Shown here: piece after piece, positions 1-9,449 of the stretch | Layout of the letters: every line of letters begins with the position of its first letter | Position numbering within the stretch: the first letter of the stretch is position 1 | Assembly (NCBI GenBank): GCA_963827235.1 | Contig: CAWHAE010000020.1 | Location: 160,001 to 224,000 of the forward strand | Length of the DNA stretch: 64,000 nt | From: an uncultured bacterium | Lineage (GTDB): Bacteria > Chloroflexota > UBA5177 > JANWHV01 | Direction: 5' to 3' | Notes under the pieces: model-generated | The model's database searches: none | Told to the model about the DNA's origin: nothing | What the model saw: only the letters and a program-made list of their open reading frames with translations | Made by a program: the position numbers and the translations under genes

Positions 1-851
1 CGTGCCGCCGGCGACGGCGTGCGCCCTCGAATCGTCACCAGGCGGAACGTGCGCCTCAAATCCAGGTCCGCGACCTCGGCCGTGGCGAGGCGCCCTTCCG
101 CAACCGGCCGCTCGACAACCAACCGCGAGAGAATCGTCACGCCAAGCCCCGCCTCCACGGCACGCGACACGCCTTCTCCACTCGGCAGCTCCAGTGCCAC
201 GGGCGGGTACACGCCGGCGCCGGCCAGGGCAGCCTCCGCGATTGCCCGTGTGCCCGACCCCTCCTCGCGCCACACGAAAGGCTGCCGTTCGAGGTCTATG
301 GCCGCGATGCGCCTGTTCGCGAAGGGGTGCTGCGGCGGTACTACGAGCACCAGCAGGTCGGGCTGAAATACCTCGATCGCCAGTCGCTGGTCGGTCAGCG
401 GGCCCTCCACCAGGGCGAGGCTGAGATTCCCGCCGCGGATCCGTTACGCCATTGCCACCGTGTTGGCTATCTCCACGTGCACCCGCACGCCCGGGTTGCT
501 CTCTGCAAAGCGCGCCAAGAGCCCAGGCAGTACGTAGCTGCCGATTGTCAGCGTGGCGCCGACGTGCAGATCGCCGCTGCGCGCGGCGGCGAACTCTTTC
601 ATCTCGCGTTCCAGGGCAGCCATCGTGCCGAGCACGTCGCCGGCACGCGCCGCCAGAAACGCACCGCCTTCGGTGAGGATCGGACGCTTTCGCACCACGT
701 CGACCAGTTTCACGCCGAACTGTCGCTCCAGCGCTCGTACCTGTTGGCCTACGCCGGGCTGCGTCAGGTGCAGCTCTTCCGCTACCCGAGTGTAGTTTTG
801 CAGTTCGGCTACCCGCACGAAGGTGTCCAGTTGCACCAGCGTCGCGCTCAT
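1..851 (-). pseudogene. LysR-family regulator (CysL-like) interrupted by an in-frame TAA; runs off the window start
   Basis: N-terminal LysR HTH (NYTRVAEELHLTQPGVGQQVRALE). Beyond TAA at 444-446 the same frame continues as a LysR substrate-binding domain (RIRGGNLSLALVEG...FVWREEGSGTRAIAE...VEAGLGVTILS). Confidence 0.8.
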
Positions 852-1069
852 CCAAAGTCCCGCTTTCTATAACCGCATCCAAAGGCAATCTGGAATTATG
901 GTAGCGGCGCGGACTCCGGACCGCAGTGCACTGCCGGCGCGCCCGCAGCGGCGTGCCGCGTTCCGGCCTGCCGTTAGCGGCGTGTTTGTTAGACCGAGTA
1001 TCTGGCTTGCCGGCGGGCCTGTCTGGTGCTCTCCGTCCCCTGTCGCGCATGCCGGTCGGCCGCCCCCAG

Positions 1070-3169
1070 CTAACTGGCCACGGCGACGGCCGCCGGAAGC
1101 CGCAACAGGAAGACGCTTCCGGACGGCCCGCTGCTCTCCAGATCGAGCTCGCCGCCCATGGCTCGGGCCATGTCCCGACCCAGGTAGAGCCCCAGGCCGG
1201 TACCCACGTGTCCCGACCGCACCTGGCTGCCCGGCACTCTGCCGAAGCGCGTGAAAAGGCGGTCTCGGCTCGCCTCCGGTATGCCAGCGCCTCTGTCTGC
1301 CACCTGGATCACCACGCCGTTTCCGTCGAGGCGCCATGTCACGGTGATGGAGGCTCCCTGGGGAGAGTACTTGGCCGCGTTGTCGAGCAGATTGGCGAGG
1401 ATCTGCGTTGCCCGATCCAGGTCGGCCAGTACGTACAGGTCCGGTGCGCCTGCCAGATCGAAGTGCTGGCCGGTGTACGTGCCGCGGACCTCATCCGCCA
1501 CGCGATCGACCAGATCGGCGACACAGACCGGTTCGATGCGCGGCGTCGAGCCCTGCGCTTCCAGTCGTGAGAGGAGCAACAGATCGCCCACCAGCCGCTT
1601 CTGTCGGTTGGCCGATGCCACGATGCGCCCCAGTCGATCCAGGCGCTGAGTATCGTCGAGCCGCTGCCAATGCGCTTGCAGGAGCTCGCCGTACCCCACG
1701 ATAGCGGTCAACGGAGTGCGCAGCTCGTGGCTCACCGAGGCCACGAAGTCGCTGCGAAGTTGCGCAAGCTCGACGGCGGCCTGGCGAGCCCGCTCCGCTA
1801 CTCGCTGGGCATTCACTCGTTCGGTGACGTTCACGGCCACACCCGTCCCGGCGCCCGACGCATCGCTCATGCTGGCTGGCGACCACCAAACCTCGAACAC
1901 CTGATCGTGGAGCTCCACCGTGGTCGACAGAGCCTCGCCGGCGCGGACCCGTTCCCATGTGCCCGGCCTGGCTTCCACGTCGCGCAGCCATGCCTGGATG
2001 GACCGGCCGACGACCGATCGCTGCTCATCGTCCAGCGTGAAGCGCGTACCGCCCTCGGACAGGCTGAATACGCCCTGCCGGTCGAGCTCAAAGAGGAGAA
2101 TCGGCGCATGCGAGATCACGGCGCGGAGGTGAGCTTCGCTGGCCTGAAGCGCTTCCTCTGCCGCCTTGCGCGTGGTGACGTCGTGACAGGTCATGACGAA
2201 ACCTCGAATCAGCGGGTCCTGCAGCTGGCTCACAGAAGTAACCGAGAGCCACATACAGCTGCCGTTCGAGTGGCGCACCCGGTATTCACTCTCGGAGGGA
2301 TCGTCGGCACGGGCAATGTATTGCGCCAGCGCGGCGCGCGCGGCATCCTGATCTGCAGGATCGATGTAATCGATCACGCTATGGCCCACGGCGTCCGCAC
2401 ACCGGTAGCCCAGCAGACGCTCGAACGTGGGACTGGCGTAGCGGATGATGGACTGCGCGTCCAGGAAGATCACCACGTCGGCGCCGTGCTCCGCCATGGC
2501 GCGGTGCCTGTGATCTCGCGCGGCCATACCGATCTCGAGTCCGCCAATCACCAAAACTGCAAGCAGGACGACTATGACGAGGTTCCACGATGTCGCCTGC
2601 ATCCATCCCAGGGTCGAGTTGCCCGTCTGGGCGACCGCCGCTTCATCCATGGTGGAGAGATCGCTGAGTGCCTGCACCAGTGGCAGAATCGTATTGGCGC
2701 TGGTCGCGTGCAGGAGCCTCTGGTAGGCGGGTCGGCTCATCGACGTCTGATTCAGTGCGCCGGCAAGTCCGGACAGTGCCAATCCTTGACGAAAAAGCTC
2801 GTTGACGCGCTTCAGCAGTATTGCCTGCGCTCCGGCATTCGCGCCGGAAGGTTGATAGTGCTGGAATTCGTGCCACGCGGCGAGGACCAGGCTCTGAATC
2901 CTGGGCAAGTCGACGTCGGTCCGGCGCGTTGCATTCGTGTCACTCAAGGCGACGAGGGCGTCGTAGTTGAGGTGCTCGATATCCTGCTCTGCGGCGAACA
3001 AGTGCACCAGCGAGGGCACGCTCGTCTTGGAGACCGAGCTGACCTTGCCGCCTGCCGTGTGAAGGCCGACCAGTCCGGTGACTGCAATCAGGCCGGCCAG
3101 AACTAGGGTTAGCAGCAGCTGCAGCACGAGTCTCGGCGACCGGCTGATGTAGCGGATGTACGCCATCAT
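1070..3169 (-). CDS. Membrane sensor histidine kinase (extracytoplasmic helical domain, 2 PAS, HisKA, HATPase); no adjacent response regulator
   Basis: Two hydrophobic segments; PAS motifs (IRYASPTFERLLGY); H-box SHELRTPL; N-box ILANLLDNAAKYS; G-boxes DRGAGI and GTGLGL. Confidence 0.92.
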   Translation of the reverse strand: MMAYIRYISRSPRLVLQLLLTLVLAGLIAVTGLVGLHTAGGKVSSVSKTSVPSLVHLFAAEQDIEHLNYDALVALSDTNATRRTDVDLPRIQSLVLAAWHEFQHYQPSGANAGAQAILLKRVNELFRQGLALSGLAGALNQTSMSRPAYQRLLHATSANTILPLVQALSDLSTMDEAAVAQTGNSTLGWMQATSWNLVIVVLLAVLVIGGLEIGMAARDHRHRAMAEHGADVVIFLDAQSIIRYASPTFERLLGYRCADAVGHSVIDYIDPADQDAARAALAQYIARADDPSESEYRVRHSNGSCMWLSVTSVSQLQDPLIRGFVMTCHDVTTRKAAEEALQASEAHLRAVISHAPILLFELDRQGVFSLSEGGTRFTLDDEQRSVVGRSIQAWLRDVEARPGTWERVRAGEALSTTVELHDQVFEVWWSPASMSDASGAGTGVAVNVTERVNAQRVAERARQAAVELAQLRSDFVASVSHELRTPLTAIVGYGELLQAHWQRLDDTQRLDRLGRIVASANRQKRLVGDLLLLSRLEAQGSTPRIEPVCVADLVDRVADEVRGTYTGQHFDLAGAPDLYVLADLDRATQILANLLDNAAKYSPQGASITVTWRLDGNGVVIQVADRGAGIPEASRDRLFTRFGRVPGSQVRSGHVGTGLGLYLGRDMARAMGGELDLESSGPSGSVFLLRLPAAVAVAS

Positions 3170-3767
3170 CGGCTACGCTGCAGTGGCCGATGGCAGCAAG
3201 ACGTCACTGTGCGGATGGTACCCATGATCATTCCCCGGTCCATCGACGATGGAGCGGTCACGCTCTGGCCACCCCTTTGTCTCACTGGTACGTCACACCG
3301 CGTCGGATTGTTATGTCCGCGCCGGGCCTATTGCCTGCGGCCGATCATCCTGATTGTCCGTCCACTCCAATCCGTCTCGCCGCGAGCTCCCGCCAACACC
3401 GCGGCATCATGCAGCAATGCAGCTACCGGGAGCGCCCGCCGTGGCCGGCCGCGCCATCACTGCAACCATGATCTACCCATATTCCACCGGCAATCCATAC
3501 CGGGCTGGATTGGGCGCTCCGCGCGCATCACGTTAGCAGGTCGAAGGAGGCGGAGTCAATGCGACAAATGTCCCGGGCGGGCTGGCCGGCACGACGCAGC
3601 GGGCGAAACACGCACCTGGCCGTCATCCGGCGCCGGGACGATACATCGCCGCCTGATCTCGTTGATGGCCGAGGGCCGACCGTTCTCGCTCCGGCGCGGC
3701 GGCTGGCGAGCAGCCGACCTGCACCACGACGCCGGGTTCGGTAGCGTGCTGGGTTGTGGTCGAGAAG

Positions 3768-3983
3768 CTAGCCGACGAGCCGGCAATCGCCATCGCCGGC
3801 CGTAGCAGATGACGTGGTCACTTCGCCGGCGTAAAAGGCGCCGCCGTCCTCGGCGGCGAACTCCAACACAAGGCTCGCTGCCTTGAGGGCCAGATCGTGA
3901 GTGAGTGGATTGGCGACGCGGAAGCTGTCCATCAACAGTTCAGCTTCCTGTCTTGTAACGGCGAGGAACCGTACGTCGGCCAT
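3768..3983 (-). CDS. Small hypothetical protein (71 aa)
   Basis: ATG preceded by GGAGG at normal spacing; globular-looking composition; same strand as the upstream operon. Confidence 0.5.
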   Translation of the reverse strand: MADVRFLAVTRQEAELLMDSFRVANPLTHDLALKAASLVLEFAAEDGGAFYAGEVTTSSATAGDGDCRLVG

Positions 3984-4153
3984 GGGGCACCTCCGGGAAG
4001 AGGACGGTCATGCATCTGATGCCTATATTCTGATCGGTGTGTGGCAGTGTGGGAAGCCCCATCCGGGCCGTTCTGACGAGGTACTCGAATGGGTTATTCC
4101 GCGCCGCGGCGCTGCTCTCGCCGGCCGTGGTCGAAGCGCCTTGCGCCTGCCAA

Positions 4154-6196
4154 TCAACGATCGGAGCGAGCGGCGAGCCGGCCCGATCCACTCCAGCGAC
4201 CGCGTCTGCCGTTCGCCCCGTCGCGCTCGTTGCCGGTCTCGGCATCGTGCGAAGGCGTCGCGCCGGGCTCCTTGTTGCCCCGGCAGACGTTGGTCTCAAG
4301 CCGCGGTCGGGCTTGCTCGGCGACCAGTATCCCGAACTGCCCGTTGGCCGCGCAGGTGTTGCCGCGCGCTAGGCCGGCGCTGTTTCCGGAGTAGGCAATA
4401 CCGCTCTGAAGGTTGCTGCTGCAGGTGTTGGCCTCTACGGCCGGTCTGGCCTGCTCGTTGAGGTAGATTCCGTGGCGCTGGTTGGCAAGGCACGTGTTGC
4501 GGCGAGCCGCGCCGCCGCTACTGCCGCTGTAGGCTATGCCACTCCAGGTGTTGGCTCGGCAGGCATTTTCTTCCAGCACCGGCGTGGACTGCTCGGCCAG
4601 GTAGATGCCGTAATGCTCGTTGCCCGCGCACACGTTCCCTCGCGCCGATCCGCCGCTTCCACCGTGGTAGGCTATTCCGCTCCACGTGTTGCCCTGGCAG
4701 GAGTTGGATTCCAGGGCCGGCTTGGCCTGTTCGGCAACATAGATGCCGTAGTGCTCGTTACCCGCACAGGTGTTGCCTCGCGCTGTGCCTGTGCCGCTAC
4801 CGAGGTAGGCGATGCCGCTCCATGCGTTCCCCCGGCACGTATTGTCCTCGAGCGTGGGCCTGCACAGCTCATTCACATAGATGCCGTCCTGCTGGTTGCC
4901 TGCGCATGTGTTTCCACGCGCCGCGCCCGACGCAGCGGAGAAGTAGGCGATGCCCCGCCACTTGTTTCCCTGGCAGGTGTTGCTCTGCAGCAGGGGCGAG
5001 GCGCGCTCCGCCACGTAGATGCCGTGGTGCTCGTTCCCGGTACACGTGTTGTCTCGCGCGATGCCTCCGCCTGCGCCGTAGTAAGCGATGCCGCTCCACG
5101 TGTTGCCCTGGCAGATGTTGGAGTTAAGCTCCGGCTGGGCCCGCTCGCAGACGAGAATGCCGTCTGAGCCGTTCGTCTTGCACGCATTCCCGCGCGCGCG
5201 ACCGGCACTGTCGGCAAAGAAAGCGATGCCGCGCCACATGTTTCCCTGGCATGTGTTCTCGTCCAGTGTGGGAGTGGACCGCCCGGTCACCAGTATGCCG
5301 TGCTGCTGGTTCTCGGCGCAGACATTCGCCACGGCCATACCTGCGCTGTTGCCGCGGAACACGACCCCGCAGCCTCGATTCTCGATACAGTTGTTGCGCG
5401 CGAGCGAGGGACAGGCATCGTCGCCGACCTCTATGCCGGCGAAGTCGTTCTCTCTGCACGTGCAGTCCAGCACGCTTCCCCGCGAGTGCCCGAACAGGCG
5501 CACACCGGCACCGCTGCCCTCGGCCGCGCCGCGAACGCCTCCGGCAAAGATGCAGCGCGTGAAGCAGACTTCGCCGCCATCTACCGCGACGACGTCGGCT
5601 CCGACGGCCCCGTCATGGAAAAACGCCACGTCCTGCACCTCGAATGGTCCGGGCCCTGCCAAGCGAAGCACATGCCCTTCGCCGGCGCATGTGATTGAGG
5701 TCGACTTGGCGACGCCGATTAGCCTCACGGCCCGGGTCACCACCAGCGGACGTTCCAGGTGATACTCGCCGACCCCCAGTTCAATCACGGCGCCGTCCGG
5801 TGCTTGCGCCAGTATCTCCTCGAGGCTTTCGCCCTCCCGATCGCTGTCTGCTCGCACTGCGTAGCGAGGACCGGCCGCCAGCGCCCGTTGCCACGTCTCC
5901 ACCGCCCACATGGCCTTCTCCTGGTCCATGCCTTGGTTCCCGACCAGTCTGCTGGCCAGCATCTCGTGGAGCAGGCTCTCCGGCACACCCGCCGGCGGCT
6001 GCATCAGCTCGCTCGGCACGTGCTCGTCGATCGCCGCGACCAGAAGGTTGATTTCCAGCTTCCGTGGGCCACAAAGGTCGCGCAGAAGCGCTGCACACAA
6101 TCTGCGGTCGTTCGCTATCTCTCTTCCGCGTTCCTCGAGCAGTCTGCGCAAGCAGTACAGCGGCGTGGTGCTCGTTGCGACGGCGTCTCGATCCAT
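4154..6196 (-). CDS. Right-handed parallel beta-helix repeat protein with an N-terminal ~100-aa helical domain; no signal peptide
   Basis: Likely start ATG 6196, 8 bp after the kinase stop. Beta-helix cap motif (SLEEILAQAPDGAVIELGVGEY) followed by 17 units of NxCxxNxxxGI 23-aa repeats. Confidence 0.88.
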   Translation of the reverse strand: MDRDAVATSTTPLYCLRRLLEERGREIANDRRLCAALLRDLCGPRKLEINLLVAAIDEHVPSELMQPPAGVPESLLHEMLASRLVGNQGMDQEKAMWAVETWQRALAAGPRYAVRADSDREGESLEEILAQAPDGAVIELGVGEYHLERPLVVTRAVRLIGVAKSTSITCAGEGHVLRLAGPGPFEVQDVAFFHDGAVGADVVAVDGGEVCFTRCIFAGGVRGAAEGSGAGVRLFGHSRGSVLDCTCRENDFAGIEVGDDACPSLARNNCIENRGCGVVFRGNSAGMAVANVCAENQQHGILVTGRSTPTLDENTCQGNMWRGIAFFADSAGRARGNACKTNGSDGILVCERAQPELNSNICQGNTWSGIAYYGAGGGIARDNTCTGNEHHGIYVAERASPLLQSNTCQGNKWRGIAYFSAASGAARGNTCAGNQQDGIYVNELCRPTLEDNTCRGNAWSGIAYLGSGTGTARGNTCAGNEHYGIYVAEQAKPALESNSCQGNTWSGIAYHGGSGGSARGNVCAGNEHYGIYLAEQSTPVLEENACRANTWSGIAYSGSSGGAARRNTCLANQRHGIYLNEQARPAVEANTCSSNLQSGIAYSGNSAGLARGNTCAANGQFGILVAEQARPRLETNVCRGNKEPGATPSHDAETGNERDGANGRRGRWSGSGRLAARSDR
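4270..5470 (-). repeat. Intragenic tandem repeat, 69-bp units alternating in a 138-bp period
   Basis: TAGATGCCG recurs near 4602, 4740, 4878 and 5016. CCGCTCCACGTGTTGCCCTGGCAG is identical at 4677 and 5091 (3 x 138 bp apart). Confidence 0.85.
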
Positions 6197-6204
6197 TCGG
6201 GACC

Positions 6205-7515
6205 CTAACCCTCTACTACAAGTGCCTGTCTGCCGCCGAAGTTGATGCGTACCCCCGAAGCAAGCGTGACGCTCTTTCCCGGCTCCACCCGATGCATCAC
6301 ACCGTCGCTCGAGGTGGCCGTCCACTCTCCGCCGCTCTGGTTGCGCAGGCCAAGCACGTCCGGATGAGCTGGATGCTGCACTACGGTAGCGACCGGATCC
6401 GTGAAGGCGAGACCGTTCAGACTATGCCGCTCCTCCACGTGGTGCGAGAAGAGCTGCGCGCCAACCGAGAGGGCCGGCTCCATGTCCGCGGCCAGGCGCA
6501 GGCGCAGTGGGTTGGTCAGGGCACGCCGGCACCAGACGCACGTAGGCGGTCCGCCCAGGAAGTTCTCGCGTCCGCACCCCTTGCAGGCGAATACTGCGTC
6601 GCGCAGGCGGATCATCCCGCCGCGCCACTGATTCTCGCGCACGCGCTTCTGTGGATCGCGGAGGCCTTCCGTGAACACCTGCGTGAACAGGTCGCGCAAG
6701 AACGGCGGATAGATCGGCCAGAAGATGAGTGCGTTGTCGTGCAGCCCCGGCACCGGCTCGTTCGATCGATCGCGACCGTCGAAGATGAACACTGGATCTT
6801 CGCCGTACAGCCGGCGCATGGCCGGTTGATCCATGCAGCGGATCGTGCTTTCCTTCCTGCCCTCCAGCGGATGGTGGATCATGAACAGGTAGAACAGGAG
6901 CACGGCAAGAGAGTAGAGATCGGTCTCCGTGCTCGGCCGGGCGATGCCGTCGCCGCGCGCTATCTCCGGCGCCATGAAGCGAGGTGTGCCCGCGACCCCC
7001 CCGGCTAGCCCGTCCACGCCGACGTTGTCGTTGTCGCAGATCAGCGTGCTGCCCGTGTCCGGCTCGAAGAAGACGTTGCCGAATGAGATGTCCCGATAGG
7101 CCAGGCCCTTCGCGTGCAGCTGGAAGAGGCTATCGGCGAGGTGGTACCCGGTCGTGGCAAGTGCGCGCCAGCTTGGGCGCACCTTCCGCGTCACGTGGTC
7201 GTTCATGCTTCTGTACTGCGCCGGCCTCAGGGGCATCAGATAGCCGAAACCTGACGCTGCCGGCGTTTCGACGACGCGAAGCGGCCAAAGAAACTTCTCG
7301 GTCGGGGAGCCGATCTGTACCAATACTTCGAGCGCTCGTCGCTGCTCGGCAGTCGCCGCGTGCCCAAAGTACCACTTGAGCGCCAGCTCGCGATCCGCGT
7401 GGCGGACCCGATAGACTTCTCCCTGTCCGCCGCCGCCCAAGAATGCATCGACCGTACACGCTACGTAGCCCGGTTGGAGGCCGATGGTCTTGCCAAGCGG
7501 CAGAAGTTGATTCAC
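6205..7515 (-). CDS. TerY-P-type Ser/Thr protein kinase with C-terminal Zn ribbon and FHA-like domain
   Basis: GGGGQGEVY, ALKWY, YRDISFGN, ICDNDN, GTPRFMAPE, TDLYSLA; CKGC...CVWC ribbon. Probable GTG start at 7515 overlaps the PP2C stop (GTGA) with AGGAG upstream; 7524 is an alternative start. Confidence 0.9.
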   Translation of the reverse strand: MNQLLPLGKTIGLQPGYVACTVDAFLGGGGQGEVYRVRHADRELALKWYFGHAATAEQRRALEVLVQIGSPTEKFLWPLRVVETPAASGFGYLMPLRPAQYRSMNDHVTRKVRPSWRALATTGYHLADSLFQLHAKGLAYRDISFGNVFFEPDTGSTLICDNDNVGVDGLAGGVAGTPRFMAPEIARGDGIARPSTETDLYSLAVLLFYLFMIHHPLEGRKESTIRCMDQPAMRRLYGEDPVFIFDGRDRSNEPVPGLHDNALIFWPIYPPFLRDLFTQVFTEGLRDPQKRVRENQWRGGMIRLRDAVFACKGCGRENFLGGPPTCVWCRRALTNPLRLRLAADMEPALSVGAQLFSHHVEERHSLNGLAFTDPVATVVQHPAHPDVLGLRNQSGGEWTATSSDGVMHRVEPGKSVTLASGVRINFGGRQALVVEG

Positions 7516-8525
7516 GCCTGCCACTCCTGCGCGCCGATCGCTGCTTGCCGCGCCTCTGGTTCACCCTGCGTTTCCCGGACCTCGCCGGCTTCCCGGCCAC
7601 CGCTGCTCCTCTGCTGAAGAGCAGTTTGCCGGACGGCGACTGCCACGGAGACGTCGTCGCCGCTGCCTTGGTCCGACACGTTTCGCAGCACGGCGGAGAG
7701 GTGCTGCTGGACATACTTCCGGCCGCGCGTCTGCACCGCTGCCAGCAGGTCCCGAGCGAACTTGTGACAGCCGTCGTCGTCCTGGTAGCTCGTCGGAAGG
7801 CCGTCCGTTGTCAGCAGCAGCATCGCCGGCCAGTTGTCTCGGACCGCCGCCACGCCGAGCCGCACGTTGTCGACCGCGTGGCTCTGGCAGAGTGAGGTCG
7901 TCTCCACGCCCAGCAAACTGTTGTCCTCGCCGAGCGGCGATTCGACCGTACCCTGATCGTCCACGCTCAGGATGTTGCCGTCGCCGAGCTGCAGGTAGAA
8001 TATGGAATCCGCGGCAACCAGGGTGGCGAGCAGCGTGCTGCCGTAAGCACGGAGCATTCCGGTCGGGTCCCCGGAGTCGGTGCTCTTCAGGAGCGGTCGT
8101 TCATCAGTCTCAAATGGATGCTGCTCGGCGTCGATGGTCACCGCCTCTCGCCAGTTGCGAACGATCAGGGCGGCGAGGCGATGGGCTTCCGGCTCGCGCA
8201 GATCTCGATAGGTCTGCCGGCGATTCGGCCACAATACCTGGAGTGCGACGGTGACGGCCAGCTCCGCACCTTTGGCGCTGCGGAAGCTCGCGGCGCTGCC
8301 GTGGCCGTCGGCCACCGCCAGGAGCACATTCCGGCCCCGCGTACTGCCGGAACGGCTGCCGGCCAGAAAGCTCCAGCAATCCTGGTTCGGCTTCCCGTTG
8401 CGCACGTGCGTCGCGCCGCGTACCGTGTCGCCAATCACGCGCCAGCCGGGCAGGTGATCGGCGGCGTCACCGGCGGAGCTCCGGGCCCCTTCTCCTGCGG
8501 CGCACGGCTCACTGGAGCTCACCAT
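7512..8525 (-). CDS. PP2C-family phosphatase of the TerY-P triad
   Basis: VRGATHVRNGKPNQD, AVADGHGS, QLGDG, LLLTTDG, GSGDDVS motifs; start overlaps the vWA stop. Confidence 0.9.
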   Translation of the reverse strand: MVSSSEPCAAGEGARSSAGDAADHLPGWRVIGDTVRGATHVRNGKPNQDCWSFLAGSRSGSTRGRNVLLAVADGHGSAASFRSAKGAELAVTVALQVLWPNRRQTYRDLREPEAHRLAALIVRNWREAVTIDAEQHPFETDERPLLKSTDSGDPTGMLRAYGSTLLATLVAADSIFYLQLGDGNILSVDDQGTVESPLGEDNSLLGVETTSLCQSHAVDNVRLGVAAVRDNWPAMLLLTTDGLPTSYQDDDGCHKFARDLLAAVQTRGRKYVQQHLSAVLRNVSDQGSGDDVSVAVAVRQTALQQRSSGGREAGEVRETQGEPEARQAAIGAQEWQA

Positions 8526-9241
8526 ACGTCTCCCACGGCCACGCCCGAGTCCTGCGAGTTCGAGGGCTCTGGCGGCGGCGGCAAAGGCACGTTGCTGGAC
8601 GGCTGCGGCCCGGCCGGTAGGCTGGCCGGCGCCGATGCAGACTTCAACACTGCCGTGGACGCCCACTTGATGAATCGAACCAGGTCGGCCGCGTTTCTCG
8701 CCTCGAGCGGCTGAAGCTCGACATTGCCGATGAACTGGCGCAGAGGATCCAGGTCGGCGTCGTTGCCCAGTGCGATGGCGATCCGGACGGACTTGCGCGC
8801 CCAGGGCTGCTCCAGCAGCTCCTTCAATCCGAGCGAGAAATCGTCGGTGGGCTGGCCGTCGGAGAGCAGCACCAGCACGGGCGGCAGGGCGCGATCGCTC
8901 ATGGGCGGCATCTTGAGCTGGGCGGCAACTTCCTTCAGCGCGGCGCCCATGTCGGTCATGCCCCCGGCCTCCAGGGGCGGCCAGGTGAAGCTGTCGACAG
9001 GAGTCGGAGTTGCCACGTGCCACCTAGCCCCGTCGGAAAACGCCACCGCGCGGACCAGTACCTGTGCGTTCGGATTCTCGTCCGCGACCTTGCGCATCTC
9101 CGGCAGTGCTTCCCTGATCGCTGTGTTGAGCGCCTGGATCTTGCCGTCGACGGCCATGGATCCCGAGCAGTCGGCAATGAATATGAAATGAAGCGGCCGG
9201 CTGGAGAGGCTGCCGCCGAGCTGCATTTCTGGCTGAGCCAT
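8519..9241 (-). CDS. terY: TerY-like vWA domain protein
   Basis: MIDAS DCSGSM, GGMTDMGAAL, LLSDGQPTD; GGAGG RBS; first gene of a vWA-PP2C-kinase operon. Confidence 0.88.
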   Translation of the reverse strand: MAQPEMQLGGSLSSRPLHFIFIADCSGSMAVDGKIQALNTAIREALPEMRKVADENPNAQVLVRAVAFSDGARWHVATPTPVDSFTWPPLEAGGMTDMGAALKEVAAQLKMPPMSDRALPPVLVLLSDGQPTDDFSLGLKELLEQPWARKSVRIAIALGNDADLDPLRQFIGNVELQPLEARNAADLVRFIKWASTAVLKSASAPASLPAGPQPSSNVPLPPPPEPSNSQDSGVAVGDVW

Positions 9242-9449
9242 CTGATCTCCTCCGAGGCCACCAGAGCTTCCGGCACACGATACCGGCCGGGACGCTTCAG
9301 AGGCGATTTGCGCGGCTGCGCTGGCTCGCCGGTACGGAAACGCTGGGGGCGACCGCCTACAATATACAGCACGATGCGTCGCTCGGGCGCGATAGCGCCG
9401 AGCCTATCTTCGATCTGCGATCGTGGCCACCGGCCCGGCAACCTGCCTG

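Noticed and set aside
4270-5470. Diversity-generating retroelement acting on the beta-helix repeats
   Set aside because: No reverse transcriptase or separate template repeat in the window; the similarity is ordinary tandem coding repetition.
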